Part shown: in pieces, positions 1 to 12,463 of the stretch
Position numbering within the stretch: the first letter of the stretch is position 1
How the letters are laid out: the number at the start of each line of letters is the position of its first letter
From: Squalus acanthias
Taxonomy: Eukaryota
Assembly: GCA_030390025.1 (NCBI GenBank)
Contig: JASTWF010000088.1
Location: 744,001 to 808,000, forward strand
Length of the DNA stretch: 64,000 bases
Direction of reading: 5' to 3'
Translations under genes and position numbers: made by a program
The notes under the pieces: generated by a model
What the model saw: only the letters and a program-made list of their open reading frames with translations
What the model was told of the DNA's origin: nothing
Database searches by the model: none

Positions 1-3000
1 TGTGTGTGAAGGGTGGGGAGTTGGATGGGGTACAGTGTGTGTGAAAGGGTGGGGAGTTGGATGGGGTACAGTGTGTGTGAGAGGGTGGGGAGTTGGATGG
101 GGTACAGTGTGTGTGAAGGGTGGGGAGTTGGATGGGTACAGTGTGTGTGAGGGTGGGGAGTTGGATGGGGTACAGTGTGTGTGAAGGGTGGGGAGTTGGA
201 TGGGGTACAGTGTGTGTGTGAGGGTGGGGAGTTGGATGGGGTACAGTGTGTGTGAAGGGTGGGGAGTTGGATGGGGTACAGTGTGTGTTGAAGGGTGGGG
301 AGTTGGATGGGGTAAAGTGTGTGTGAGGGTGGGGAGTTGGATGGGGTACAGTGTGTGTGAAAGGGTGGGGAGTTGGATGGGGTACAGTGTGTGTGAAGGG
401 TGGGGAGTTGGATGGGGTACAGTGTGTGTGAAGGGTGGGGAGTTGGATGGGGTACAGTGTGTGAGAGGGTGGGGAGTTGGATGGGGTACAGTGTGTGTGT
501 GAGGGTGGGGAGTTGGATGGGGTACAGTGTGTGTGTGAAGGGTGGGGAGTTGGATGGGGTACAGTGTGTGTGAAGGGTGGGGAGTTGGATGGGGTACAGT
601 GTGTGTGAAGGGTGGGGAGTTGGATGGGGTACAGTGTGTGTGAGGGTGGGGAGTTGGATGGGGTACAGTGTGTGTGAAGGGTGGGGAGTTGGATGGGGTA
701 CAGTGTGTGTGAAGGGTGGGGAGTTGGATGGGGTACAGTGTGTGTGAAGGGTGGGGAGTTGGATGGGGTACAGTGTGTGTGTGAAGGGTGGGGAGTTGGA
801 TGGGGTACAGTGTGTGTGAAGGGTGGGGAGTTGGATGGGGTACAGTGTGTGAGAGGGTGGGGAGTTGGATGGGGTACAGTGTGTAGGTGAAGGGTGGGGA
901 GTTGGATGGGGTACAGTGTGATGTGAGGGTGGGGAGTTGGATGGGGTACAGTGTGTGTGTGAAGGGTGGGGAGTTGGATGGGGTACAGTGTGTGAAGGGT
1001 GGGGAGTTGGATGGGGTACAGTGTGTGTGTGAGGGTGGGGAGTTGGATGGGGTACAGTGTGTGTGTGAGGGTGGGGAGTTGGATGGGGTACAGTGTGTGT
1101 GAGGGTGGGGAGTTGGATGGGTACAGTGTGTGTGAGGGTGGGGAGTTGGATGGGGTACAGTGTGTGTGAGAGGGTGGGGAGTTGGATGGGGTACAGTGTG
1201 TGTGAGGGTGGGGAGTTGGATGGGGTACAGTGTGTGTGAGGGTGGGGAGTTGGATGGGGTACAGTGTGTGTGAGAGGGTGGGGAGTTGGATGGGGTACAG
1301 TGTGTGTGTGAGGGTGGGGAGTTGGATGGGGTACAGTGTGTGTGAGGGTGGGGAGTTGGATGGGGTACAGTGTGTGTGAGGGTGGGGAGTTGGATGGGGT
1401 ACAGTGTGTGTGAAGGGTGGGGAGTTGGATGGGGTACAGTGTGTGAGAGGGTGGGGAGTTGGATGGGGTACAGTGTGTGTGAAGGGTGGGGAGTTGGATG
1501 GGGTACAGTGTGTGTGAGGGTGGGGAGTTGGATGGGGTACAGTGTGTGTGAAGGGTGGGGAGTTGGATGGGGTACAGTGTGTGTGAAGGGTGGGGAGTTG
1601 GATGGGGTACAGTGTGTGTGAAGGGTGGGGAGTTGGATGGGGTACAGTGTGTGTGAGGGTGGGGAGTTGGATGGGGTACAGTGTGTGTGAGGGTGGGGAG
1701 TTGGATGGGGTACAGTGTGTGTGAGGGTGGGGAGTTGGATGGGGTACAGTGTGTGAGAGGGTGGGGAGTTGGATGGGGTACAGTGTGTGTGAGAAAGGGT
1801 GGGGAGTTGGATGGGGTACAGTGTGTGTGAAGGGTGGGGAGTTGGATGGGGTACAGTGTGTGTGAAGGGTGGGGAGTTGGATGGGGTACAGTGTGTGTGT
1901 GAAAGGGTGGGGAGTTGGATGGGGTACAGTGTGTGTGAAAGGGTGGGGAGTTGGATGGGGTACAGTGTGTGAAAGGGTGGGGAGTTGGATGGGGTACAGT
2001 GCGTGTGAAAGGGTGGGCAGTTGGATGGGGTACAGTGTATGTGAGAGGGTGGGGAGTTGGATGGGGTACAGTGTGTGTGTGAAAGGGTGGGGAGTTGGAT
2101 GGGGTACAGTGTGTGTGAAGGGGTCGGGAGTTGGATAGGGTACAGTCTGTGTGAGGGTGGGGAGTTGGATGGGGTACAGTGTGTGAAAGGGTGGGGAGTT
2201 GGATGGGGTACAGTGTGTGAAAGGGTGGGGAGGTGGATGGGGTACAGTGTGTGTGAAAGGGTGGGGAGTTGGATGGGCTACAGTGTGTGTGAGGGTGGGG
2301 AGTTGGATGGGGTACAGTGTGTGAAAGGGTGGGAAGTTGGATGGGTACAGTGTGTGTGAAAGGGTGGGGAGTTGGCTGGGGTACAGTGTGTGTGAAGGGT
2401 GGGGAGTTGGATGGGGTACAGTGTGTGTGAAGGGTGGGGAGTTGGATGGGGTACAGTGTGTGTGAAAGGGTGGGGAGTTGGATGGGGTACAGTGTGTGTG
2501 AAGGGTGGGGAGTTGGATGGGGTACAGTGTGTGTGAAGGGTGGGGAGTTGGATGGGGTACAGTGTGTGTGAAGGGTGGGGAGTTGGATGGGGTACAGTGT
2601 GTGTGATAGGGTGGGGAGTTGATGGGGTACAGTGTGTGTGAAGGGTGGGGAGTTGGATGGGGTACAGTGTGTGTGAAGGGTGGGGAGTTGGATGGGGTAC
2701 AGTGTGTGTGTGAGGGTGGGGAGTTGGATGGGGTACAGTGTGTGTGAAAGGGTGGGGAGTTGGATGGGGTACAGTGTGTGTGAAGGGTGGGGAGTTGGAT
2801 GGGGTACAGTGTGTGTGAGAGGGTGGGGAGTTGGATGGGGTACAGTGTGTGTGAAGGGTGGGGAGTTGGATGGGGTACAGTGTGTGATAGGGTGGGGAGT
2901 TGGATGGGATACAGTGTGTGTGTGCAAGGGTGGGGAGTTGGATGAGGTACAGTGTGTGTGTGAAAGGGTGGGGAGTTGGATGGGGTACAGTGTGTGTGAA

Positions 3001-6000
3001 GGGGTGGGGAGTTGGATGGGGTACAGTGTGTGTGAAAGGGTGGGGAGTTGGATGGGGTGCAGTGTCTGTGTAAAAGGGTGAGGAGTTAGATGGGGTACAG
3101 TGTGTGTGAAAGGGTGGGGAGTTGGATGAGGTACAGTGTGTGTGAAAGGGTGGGGAGTTGGATGGGGTACAGTGTGTGTGTGAAAGGGTGGGGAGTTGGA
3201 TGGGGGACAGTGTGTGTGTGAAAGGGTGGGGAGTTGGATGGGGTACAGTGTGTGTGAAAGGGTGCGGAGTTGGATGGGGTACAGTGTGTGAAAGGGTGGG
3301 GAGTTGGATGTGGTACAGTGTGTGTGAAAGGGTGGGGAGTTGGATGGGATATAGTGTGTGTATGAAAGGGTGGGGTGTTGGATGGGGTACAGTGTGTGTG
3401 AAAGGGTGGGGAGTTGGATGGGGTACAGTGTGTGTATGAAAGGGTGGGGAGTTGGATGGGGTACAGTGTGTGTGTGAAGGGTGGGGAGTTGGATGAGGTA
3501 CAGTGTGTGTGAAAGGGTGGGGAGTTGGATGGGGTACAGTGTGTGTGTGAAAGGGTGGGGAGTTGGATGGGGTACAGTGTGTGAAAGGGTGCGGAGTTGG
3601 ATGGGGTACAGTGTGTGAAGGGTGGGGAGTTGGATGGGGTACAGTGTGTCTGTGAGGGTGGGGAGTTGGATGGGGTACAGTGTGTGTGAAGGGTGGGGAG
3701 TTGGATGGGTACAGTGTGTGTGTGAAAGGGTGGGGAGTTGGATGGGGTACAGTGTGTGTGAAAGGGTGGGGAGTTGGATGGGGTACAGCGTGTGTGTGAA
3801 CGGGTGGGGAGTTGGATGGGGTACAGTGTGTGTGAAGGGTGGGGAGTTGGATGGGGTACAGTGTGTGTGAAAGGGTGGGGAGTTGGATGAGGTACAGAGT
3901 GTGAAAGGGTGGGGAGTTGGATGGGGTACAGTGTGTGTGAAAGGGTGGGGAGTTGGATGAGGTACAGTGTGTGAGAGGGTGGGGAGTTGGATGGGGTACA
4001 GTGTGTGTGAAAGGGTGGGGAGTTGGATGGGGTACAGTGTGTGTGAAAGGGTGGGGAGTTGGATGGGGTACAGTGTGTGTGACAGGGTGGGGAGTTGGAT
4101 GGGGTGCAGTGTGTGTGAGTGAGGGGAGTTGGATGGGGTACAGTGTGTGTGAAAGGGTGGGGAGTTGGATGGGGTACAGTGTGTGTCAGGGTGGGGAGTT
4201 GGATGGGGTACAGTGTGTGAAAGGGTGGGGAGTTGGATGGGGTACAGTGTGCGTGAAAGGGTGGGAGTTGGATGGGGTACAGTGTGTGAAAGGGTGGGGA
4301 GTTGGATGGGGTACAGTGTGTGTGAAAGGGTGGGGAGTTGGATGGGGTACAGTGTGTGTGTGAAAGGGTGGGGAGTTGGATGGGGTACAGTGTGTGTGAA
4401 AGGGTGGGGAGTTGGATGGGGTACAGTGTGTGAAAGGCTGGGGAGTTGGATGGGGTACAGTGCGTGTGAAAGGGTTGGCAGTTGGATGGGGTACAGTGTA
4501 TGTGAGAGGGTGGGGAGTTGGATGGGGTACAGTGTGTGTGTGAAAGGGTGGGGAGTTGGATGGGGTACAGTGTGTGTGAAGGGGTCGGGAGTTGGATAGG
4601 GTACAGTCTGTGTGAGGGTGGGGAGTTGGATGGGGTACAGTGTGTGAAAGGGTGGGGAGTTGGATGGGGTACAGTGTGTGAAAGGGTGGGGAGGTGGATG
4701 GGGTACAGTGTGTGTGAAAGGGTGGGGAGTTGGATGGGCTACAGTGTGTGTGAGGGTGGGGAGTTGGATGGGGTACAGTGTGTGAAAGGGTGGGAAGTTG
4801 GATGGGTTACAGTGTGTGTGAAAGGGTGGGGAGTTGGCTGGGGTACAGTGTGTGAAAGGGTGGGGAGTTGGATGGGGTACAGTGTGTGTGAAAGGGTGGG
4901 GAGTTGGATGGGGTACAGTGTGTGTGAAGGGTGGGGAGTTGGATGGGGTACAGTGTGTGTGAAGGGTGGGGAGTTGGATGGGGTACAGTGTGTGTGAAGG
5001 GTGGGGAGTTGGATGGGGTACAGTGTGTGTGAAAGGGTGGGGAGTTGGATGGGGTACAGTGTGTGTGATAGGGTGGGGAGTTGGATGGGGTACAGTGTGT
5101 GTGAAGGGTGGGGAGTTGGATGGGGTACAGTGTGTGTGAAAGGGTGGGGAGTTGGATGGGGTACAGTGTGTGTGTGAGAGGGTGGGGAGTTGGATGGGGT
5201 ACAGTGTGTGTGAAAGGGTGGGGAGTTGGATGGGGTACAGTGTGTGTGAAAGGTGGGGAGTTGGATGGGGTACAGTGTGTGTGAGAGGGTGGGGAGTTGG
5301 ATGGGGTACAGTGTGTGTGAAAGGGTGGGGAGTTGGATGGGGTACAGTGTGTGAGAGGGTGGGGAGTTGGATGGGATACAGTGTGTGTGTGCAAGGGTGG
5401 GGAGTTGGATGAGGTACAGTGTGTGTGTGAAAGGGTGGGGAGTTGGATGGGGTACAGTGTGTGTGAAGGGGTGGGGAGTTGGATGGGGTACAGTGTGTGT
5501 GAAAGGGTGGGGAGTTGGATGGGGTGCAGTGTCTGTGTAAAAGGGTGAGGAGTTAGATGGGGTACAGTGTGTGTGAAAGGGTGGGGAGTTGGATGAGGTA
5601 CAGTGTGTGTGAAAGGGTGGGGAGTTGGATGGGGTACAGTGTGTGTGTGAAAGGGTGGGGAGTTGGATGGGGGACAGTGTGTGTGAAAGGGTGGGGAGTT
5701 GGATGGGGTACAGTGTGTGTGAAAGGGTGCGGAGTTGGATGGGGTACAGTGTGTGAAAGGGTGGGGAGTTGGATGTGGTACAGTGTGTGTGAAAGGGTGG
5801 GGAGTTGGATGGGATATAGTGTGTGTATGAAAGGGTGGGGTGTTGGATGGGGTACAGTGTGTGTGTGAAAGGGTGGAGAGTTGGATGAGGTACAGTGTGT
5901 GTGTGAAAGGGTGGGGAGTTGGATGGGGTACAGTGTGTGTGTGAAAGGGTGGGGAGTTGGATGGGGTACAGTGTGTGAAAGGGTGCGGAGTTGGATGAGG

Positions 6001-8168
6001 TACAGTGTGTGAAAGGGTGGGGAGTTGGATGGGGTACAGTGTGTCTGTGAGGGTGGGGAGTTGGATGGGGTACAGTGTGTGAAAGGGTGGGGAGTTGGAT
6101 TGGGTACGGTGTGTGTGTGAGAAAGGGTGGGGAGTGGGATGGGGTACAGTGTGTGTGTGAAAGGGTGGGGAGTTGGATGGGGTACAGCGTATGTGTGAAC
6201 GGGTGGGGAGTTGGATTTGGTACAGTGTGTGAAAGGGTGGGGAGTTGGATGGGGTACAGTGTGTGTGAAAGGGTGGGGAGTTGGATGAGGTACAGAGTGT
6301 GAAAGGGTGGGGAGTTGGATGGGGTACAGTGTGTGTGAAAGGGTGGGGAGTTGGATGAGGTACAGTGTGTGAAAGGGTGGGGAGTTGGATGGGGCACAGT
6401 GTGTGTGAAAGGGTGGGGAGTTGGATGGGGTACAGTGTGTGTGAAAGGGTGGGGAGTTGGATGGGGTACAGTGTGTGTGACAGGGTGGGGAGTTGGATGG
6501 GGTACAGTGTGTGTGTGAAAGGGTGGGGAGTTGGATGGGGTACATGGTGAAAGGGTGGGGAGTTGGATGGGGTACAGTGTGTGTGAAAGGGTGGGGAGTT
6601 GGATGGGATACAGTGTGTGTGAAAGGGTGGGGAGTTGGATGGGGTACAGTGTGTGTGAGGGTGGGGATTTGGATGGGGTACAGTGTGTGAAAGGGTGGGG
6701 AGTTGGATGGGGTACAGTGTGTGTGAAAGGGTGGGGAGTTGGATGGGGTACAGTGTGTGTGAAAGCGGGGAGTTGGATGGGGTACAGTGTGTGTCAGGGT
6801 GGGGAGTTGGATGGGGTACAGTGTGTGAAAGGGTGGGGAGTTGGATGGGGTACAGTGTGCGTGAAAGGGTGGGAGTTGGATGGGTACAGTGTGTGTGAAA
6901 GGGTGGGGAGTTGGATGGGGTACAGTGTGTGTGAAAGGGTGGGGAGTTGGATGGGGTACAGTGTGTGTGTGAAAGGGTGGGGAGTTGGATGGGGTACAGT
7001 GTGTGTGAGAAAGGGTGGGGAGTTGGATGGGGTACAGTGTGTGTGTGAGAAGGGTGGGGAGTTGGATGGGGTACAGTGTGTGTGAAAGGGTGGGGAGTTG
7101 GATGGGGTACAGTGTGTGTGTGAAATGGTGGGGAGTTGGATGAGGTACAGTGTGTGTGTGTGTGTGAAAGGGTGGGGAGTTAGATGGGGTACAGTGTGTG
7201 TGTGAAAGGGTGGGGAGTTGGATGGGGTATAGTGTGTGAAAGGGTGGGGAGTTGGATGGGGTACAGTGTGTGTGAAAGAGTGGGGAGTTGGATGGGGTAC
7301 AGTGTGTGTGAAAGAGTGGGGAGTTGGATGGGGTACAGTGTGTGTGTGAGGGTGGGGAGTTGGATGGGGTACGGTGTGTGAAAGGGTGGGGAGTTGGATG
7401 GGGTACAGTGTGTGTGAAAGGGTGGGGAGTTGGATGGGGTACTGTGTGTGTGAAAGGGTGGGGAGTTGGATGGGGTACTGTGTGTGTGTGAAAGTGTGGG
7501 GAGTTGGATGGGGTACAGTGTATGTGACAGGGTGGGGAGTTGGATGGGGTACAGTGTGTGTGTGAAAGGGTGGAGAGTTGGATGGGGTACAAGGTGAAAG
7601 GGTGGGGAGTTGGATGGGGTACAGTGTGTGTGAAAGGGTGGGGAGTTGGATGGGGTACAGTGTGTGTGAAAGGGTGGGGAGTTGGATGGGGTACAGTGTG
7701 TGTGTGAGAGGGTGGGGAGTTGGATGGGGTACAGTGTGTGAAAGGGTGGGGAGTTGGATGGGGTACAGTGTATGTGAGAGGGTGGGGAGTTGGATGGGGT
7801 ACAGTGTATGTGACAGGGTGGGGAGTTGGATGGGGTACAGTGTGTGTGTGAAAGGGTGGGGAGTTGGATGGGGTACAGTGTATGTGAGAGGGTGGGGAGT
7901 TGGATGGGGTACAGTGTATGTGACAGGGTGGGGAGTTGGATGGGGTACAGTGTGTGTGTGAAAGGGTGGAGAGTTGGATGGGGTACAAGGTGAAAGGGTG
8001 GGGAGTTGGATGGGGTACAGTGTGTGTGAAAGGGTGGGGAGTTGGATGGGGTACAGTGTGTGTGAAAGGGTGGGGAGTTGGATGGGGTACAGTGTGTGTG
8101 TGAGAGGGTGGGGAGTTGGATGGGGTACAGTGTGTGAAAGGGTGGGGAGTTGGATGGGGTATAGTGTG
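1..8168 (+). repeat. G-rich satellite, ~35-bp unit (GT)nGAA(A)GGGTGGGGAGTTGGATGGGGTACA, left of the LTR element
   Basis: Uninterrupted tandem units; length varies about 33-38 bp through the (GT)n and GA(A/G)n segments; runs off the left edge of the window. Confidence 0.98.
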
Positions 8169-8383
8169 TGACGTAATAAAGACTCACTACGCACTTGAAC
8201 ATAAAGCAAGGCTTTAATCAACTTGTAACAAAACATGGAGGTCTAGTCAGCAGTCACTAGCTTCCTGTTTCCAGATTCTCTCTCCCCAAGGTGGGCCCAT
8301 GCCTGAGTATTTATACTCCCTGGACGGCGCCCCAGCTGGCCACCCAGTAGTACTTCCTGAGTTGTTACTTGCGATTTATGACA
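8169..8383 (-). repeat. 3' LTR (215 bp)
   Basis: Minus strand reads TGTCATAAAT...TTACGTCA; direct repeat of 12464-12678 with 7 substitutions by manual alignment. Confidence 0.96.
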
Positions 8384-8395
8384 TTCTTCCTCCCT
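8384..8395 (-). other. Polypurine tract (AGGGAGGAAGAA)
   Basis: All-purine 12-mer on the minus strand directly abutting the 3' LTR. Confidence 0.9.
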
Positions 8396-8421
8396 GAAAG
8401 GTTTGGAAGTCCAGTCTTCCT

Positions 8422-11400
8422 TTAACGGACTAGGCGGACCAGAAATATCCGCAGACGTTTAGCTCTCTGCTTGTGACTGGAAGGCACGTCTCCCCGGACC
8501 GTGTCCTGGTCCCTGGGTCGCTTGGCCCGTACCGGTAAGTCAGTAGAGTCCGCGTCATCTTGATCATCCTGCGGAGGACTGGGAATATCATGACTCCGGG
8601 TGCGGGTCCCCACAGGTGCTGAGCTGGCCTCATCCCGGGTCGTGGCTGGAGATTGTCCGGCGTCCTGGTTTCGGGTGGCCATCCTACGGGGAGCGTCCAG
8701 CTCCCTGAGTTGATCCGGTAGCGTTGCCAGCAGATCCCCCGATGTCCCAGGCGGTGCGTCATTTTCATAGGGGTGCGGAGTGTTGATATCATTGTCGGGG
8801 GATCCTTCATCATTCGGGCCCGTGTGCCCGGTTGGGCAGGGAGCCAGATCTCGGAGCGAGACGGTGGTCTCCCGGCCATCAGGGTACCGTACGTGCGCAT
8901 ACGTGGGGTTTACCTCCGTTAACTCCACCTCGTCAACGAGAGGGTCGTTTTTGGCAGACCGGACGAACCTCCGGAGTAGTACCGGGCCTGGAGCCACCAA
9001 CCATGACGGTAGAGACGTCCCATGTGTAGAGCGACGCCGGAATTTGAAGAATCGCTCATGAGGCGTGACAGTAGTAGATGTGGAGAGAAGAGACCTGATA
9101 GAGTGTAACGCGTCGGGGAGCACCGTTTCCCACTGCTGGTCCGGCAGGTTGCGTGACCTTAGTGCCAGACGGACAGCGTTCCAGATGATGGCATTGTATC
9201 GTTCAACCTGTCCGTTACCGATTGGGTGATATGGTGTCGTCCTACTTGAGGCGATTCCCCGTTGGGAGAGATAACTTTTAAGTTCACTCGACATAAAGGA
9301 GGGACCCCGATCCGTGTGGATAAAATTGGCCGTCCCGCAAAGGGAAAAGACCTGATCGAGGCATTTAATTACCGTAGAGGTAAGCATATTAGGGCAGGGG
9401 AAGGCGAAGGGAAAGCGTGAATACTCGTCCACCATCGTAAGTAGGTAGGTGTTCCTTGTCGACGAAGGCAATGGCCCTTTAAAGTCTATGCTGAGCCTCT
9501 GCATAGGCTGCATTGCATGTATGAGTAAGCCATCTGATGGGCGAAAGAATTGTGGTTTCAATTCTGCACAAATCCTACAGGAGGAGCATGTTTTCTTTAC
9601 GTCCTCGGTTGAAAATGGTAGATTTTTGGAGCGCACAAAGTGCAACATGCGGGTCACACCAGGATGGCATACGTCCATATGCAAATCCGCCAGAGTCGAC
9701 GTTGACATTGAGGAGCAAAATGCCCGTGTGAAGGTATCTGGGGCCACGTTCTGTTTGCCGGGTCGGTAACAGATAGTATATCCAAAGGCAGCCAGTTCCA
9801 TCCTCCAGAGTTGAATTTTATTATTTTTGATTTTCGTGCGCCTCCGGTTATCCAACATGAAGGCCACAGAGCGCTGGTCAGTTATAAGCGTAAAATGACG
9901 CCGAGCAAGAAAATGACCCCATTGGCGTACAGCCTCGATGATGGCCGTAGCCTCCTTCTCGACGGGGGGGTAATGGAGCTCGCTACCCTGCAAGGTTCTG
10001 GATAGGAATGCCACGGGTCGGCCACCTTGATTCAAGGTAGCGGAGATCGCCACCTCCGATGCATCGCATTCGACCACAAAAGGAAGATTTTCGTCAATGG
10101 AGCGAAGCGTGGCTTTCTCCAGCTGTCGTTTGAGGAGGTTGAAGGCAGAAATAGCCGTAGCTTCCAATGGAAAAGACTTCGCATGGAGCAGGGGCTGTAT
10201 TTTATCGGAGAAGTGTGGTATCCATTTTGCGTAATAAGCAAACATGCCAAGTGCCCGACGAAGAGAGCCGAGGTTCGTCGGGGGAGGGAGCTCCTGAAGT
10301 GGACGAAGTCGCTCTGGGTCCGGTTTAATAACACCGTTGCCCACCCAGTAGCCAAGAATGTTCACCGATGGCACCGACTTCACCGATTTGGATTCGTTTA
10401 ACGTTAAGTGGCGACGGCGGAGTACGTCAAAAAATCTCTGAAGATTGGCGTCATGCTCCTTTTGATCATGGCCGGCAATAGTGATATTGTCTAAATACGG
10501 AAAGGTATCCGTCAAGTTCTCTTGCCGGACTAGGCCATCCATGGCCCGTTGGAAGACGGCCACCCCATTGGTGACCCCGAATGGAAGGCGGCGAAACTGG
10601 AAAAGCCGACCATTGGCCTCAAAGGCCGTATACTTCTTGTCGGAGTCTTGCAGTGGCACCTGATGGTACGCGCTTTTTAAATCGAAGGTCGAGAATACCT
10701 TGTATTTGGCAAGGTTGTTGACCATGTCATCTATGCGTGTCAGCGGGTAGGCATCCAGATCGGTATATAGATTAATAGTCTGCGAATAATCGATACACAG
10801 ACGTTTTTTATGTTGTTTTAAGGGATTCCTCACGATGACGACCTGAGCCCGCCAGGGAGATGAACATGGCTCGATAATACCGTCGACTAAAAGGCGAGAG
10901 ATTTCCGCCTCAATAAACGCTCGATCGTCTTGGCTAAAGCGCCGCGATTTGGTGGCTATGGGTTTACAGCGGGGGGGAAGATTGGCAAACAGGGAGGGTT
11001 CACCGAGTAAGGCCGCCGAGAGTGCACAAAACGGCACCTTAGAAATGGTAAGCTCCGGCCTTGACCCTCCAAACTCAAAAGTGATCTTCTTGTGCTGCTT
11101 CTGGAAGTCCTGTCCCAGAAGCACATCGCTGCATAAGTTTGCGAGTACTCCGAGCCGGGTGGAGAGATACGTGCGGCCGTTGAGGATGAGGTTGACCAGA
11201 CAGAAGCCAGAAGAATTGGTGGTCAGAGTCGTCAGAGCCATTGCAATCTCCCTGTCCGAGGGATAAATGTGCAGTTTTAACCTGTTGACAGCCCGCTTAC
11301 TAATGAAGCTGTCAGAGCTGCAGGAGTCAATTAGCGCGCTTAGAGTGTGCCCATTTACTGAAACCTTCGTGGCTGCATGGGACAAACTTTGGGGAAAAAC

Positions 11401-12363
11401 AGCCGTGATGGGAGGAGGGGCAATTTTCCCTTCGGCAACTGTAGCCTTAACAGTAGTTCTTGGGGGAGGAGCAGCTCCATAGATAGCAGCTGTGAAGCTA
11501 ACAGGAGCTCTTGACCTGTATACTTTAGAGGAGCGGCCTTTCTTGTTAGCAAAGGCCCGTGACTGGCATACCTTGGAAAAGTGTCCTTTCTTGCTGCAAT
11601 GATTGCAGGTCACATTACGAGCCGGGCAAAATTTTCTGTGATGGCACGCCCCTCCACAAAAGAAACACTTTCTTCCTGATTGCCAGGATGCTGCTAGGGC
11701 GGGGTCGTCATCAGCGAAGGCCTCTAGGGTAGGGTCGTCGTCTGTTAGAGTAGAGTCAACATCAGTGGGGGCATCCGCCCGAGACCTACCGAAAGACTCA
11801 TTAAAGGAGATAGCCGCCGCCCGTGCACGTGGTGGGAGATAAGTGTCTGCATTTTTCTTGGCCAAGTCCAAGGAACACGCCTGGTCATAAGCAGCCCGTA
11901 AATTGAGGGTTTTATTTTCCAGCAGGCGCTGACGTATAAAAGGGGACGCGATTCCATTGATAAAGGAATCGCGGATTAGTTCCTCTTGATACTGTTCAGC
12001 TGAAACTGCTTTAAGGTTACAATCCTTGCTGAGCCTGCGAAGTTTCTGGAGAAATTCATCGAGTGATTCCCCAGGCTGCTGCCGAGTTGTGGCCAGTAGG
12101 TGTCGAGCAAAGATTTCATTTGGGGACTTGACATATAGCTGCTGTAAGATTTCGATAGCAGTGTCATAGTCTATACAGTCCTCAATATAATCATACACAT
12201 GAGGAGACACGTAGTTGATAAGCATTCGTAACTTATTAGGGACATCCGCCCCACATTCTTCAAGAAAGTTGCTAAAGGTACGAAACCAATGCTTCCATAC
12301 CTTTGCTGCCGCAGGTGCATTCGGGTCCAGGTCGAGACGAGCGGGTCTAAGGAGTTTTTCCAT
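8422..12363 (-). CDS. Gag-Pol polyprotein, 1313 aa (gag with two CCHC knuckles, aspartic protease, RT, RNase H, integrase)
   Basis: CFFCGGACHHRKFC and CNHCSKKGHFSKVC knuckles; LIDSCSS protease; RT motifs LCIDY, FDLKSAYHQ, LPFGVTNG, YLDN; RNase H CDAS/EKEA/TDQ; integrase H-H-C-C and SIDFKGP/HTDRG/GQVER. Confidence 0.96.
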   Translation of the reverse strand: MEKLLRPARLDLDPNAPAAAKVWKHWFRTFSNFLEECGADVPNKLRMLINYVSPHVYDYIEDCIDYDTAIEILQQLYVKSPNEIFARHLLATTRQQPGESLDEFLQKLRRLSKDCNLKAVSAEQYQEELIRDSFINGIASPFIRQRLLENKTLNLRAAYDQACSLDLAKKNADTYLPPRARAAAISFNESFGRSRADAPTDVDSTLTDDDPTLEAFADDDPALAASWQSGRKCFFCGGACHHRKFCPARNVTCNHCSKKGHFSKVCQSRAFANKKGRSSKVYRSRAPVSFTAAIYGAAPPPRTTVKATVAEGKIAPPPITAVFPQSLSHAATKVSVNGHTLSALIDSCSSDSFISKRAVNRLKLHIYPSDREIAMALTTLTTNSSGFCLVNLILNGRTYLSTRLGVLANLCSDVLLGQDFQKQHKKITFEFGGSRPELTISKVPFCALSAALLGEPSLFANLPPRCKPIATKSRRFSQDDRAFIEAEISRLLVDGIIEPCSSPWRAQVVIVRNPLKQHKKRLCIDYSQTINLYTDLDAYPLTRIDDMVNNLAKYKVFSTFDLKSAYHQVPLQDSDKKYTAFEANGRLFQFRRLPFGVTNGVAVFQRAMDGLVRQENLTDTFPYLDNITIAGHDQKEHDANLQRFFDVLRRRHLTLNESKSVKSVPSVNILGYWVGNGVIKPDPERLRPLQELPPPTNLGSLRRALGMFAYYAKWIPHFSDKIQPLLHAKSFPLEATAISAFNLLKRQLEKATLRSIDENLPFVVECDASEVAISATLNQGGRPVAFLSRTLQGSELHYPPVEKEATAIIEAVRQWGHFLARRHFTLITDQRSVAFMLDNRRRTKIKNNKIQLWRMELAAFGYTICYRPGKQNVAPDTFTRAFCSSMSTSTLADLHMDVCHPGVTRMLHFVRSKNLPFSTEDVKKTCSSCRICAELKPQFFRPSDGLLIHAMQPMQRLSIDFKGPLPSSTRNTYLLTMVDEYSRFPFAFPCPNMLTSTVIKCLDQVFSLCGTANFIHTDRGPSFMSSELKSYLSQRGIASSRTTPYHPIGNGQVERYNAIIWNAVRLALRSRNLPDQQWETVLPDALHSIRSLLSTSTTVTPHERFFKFRRRSTHGTSLPSWLVAPGPVLLRRFVRSAKNDPLVDEVELTEVNPTYAHVRYPDGRETTVSLRDLAPCPTGHTGPNDEGSPDNDINTPHPYENDAPPGTSGDLLATLPDQLRELDAPRRMATRNQDAGQSPATTRDEASSAPVGTRTRSHDIPSPPQDDQDDADSTDLPVRAKRPRDQDTVRGDVPSSHKQRAKRLRIFLVRLVR

Positions 12364-12463
12364 GATGGATCAGTTTCTTGCCCAAGTTCCCTTCTGTGGT
12401 TCGAGTTGCAGCTGGTTGTTCCGAATCACCCAAAGCGTGGAGACGATATCAAGTTGATTAAAT

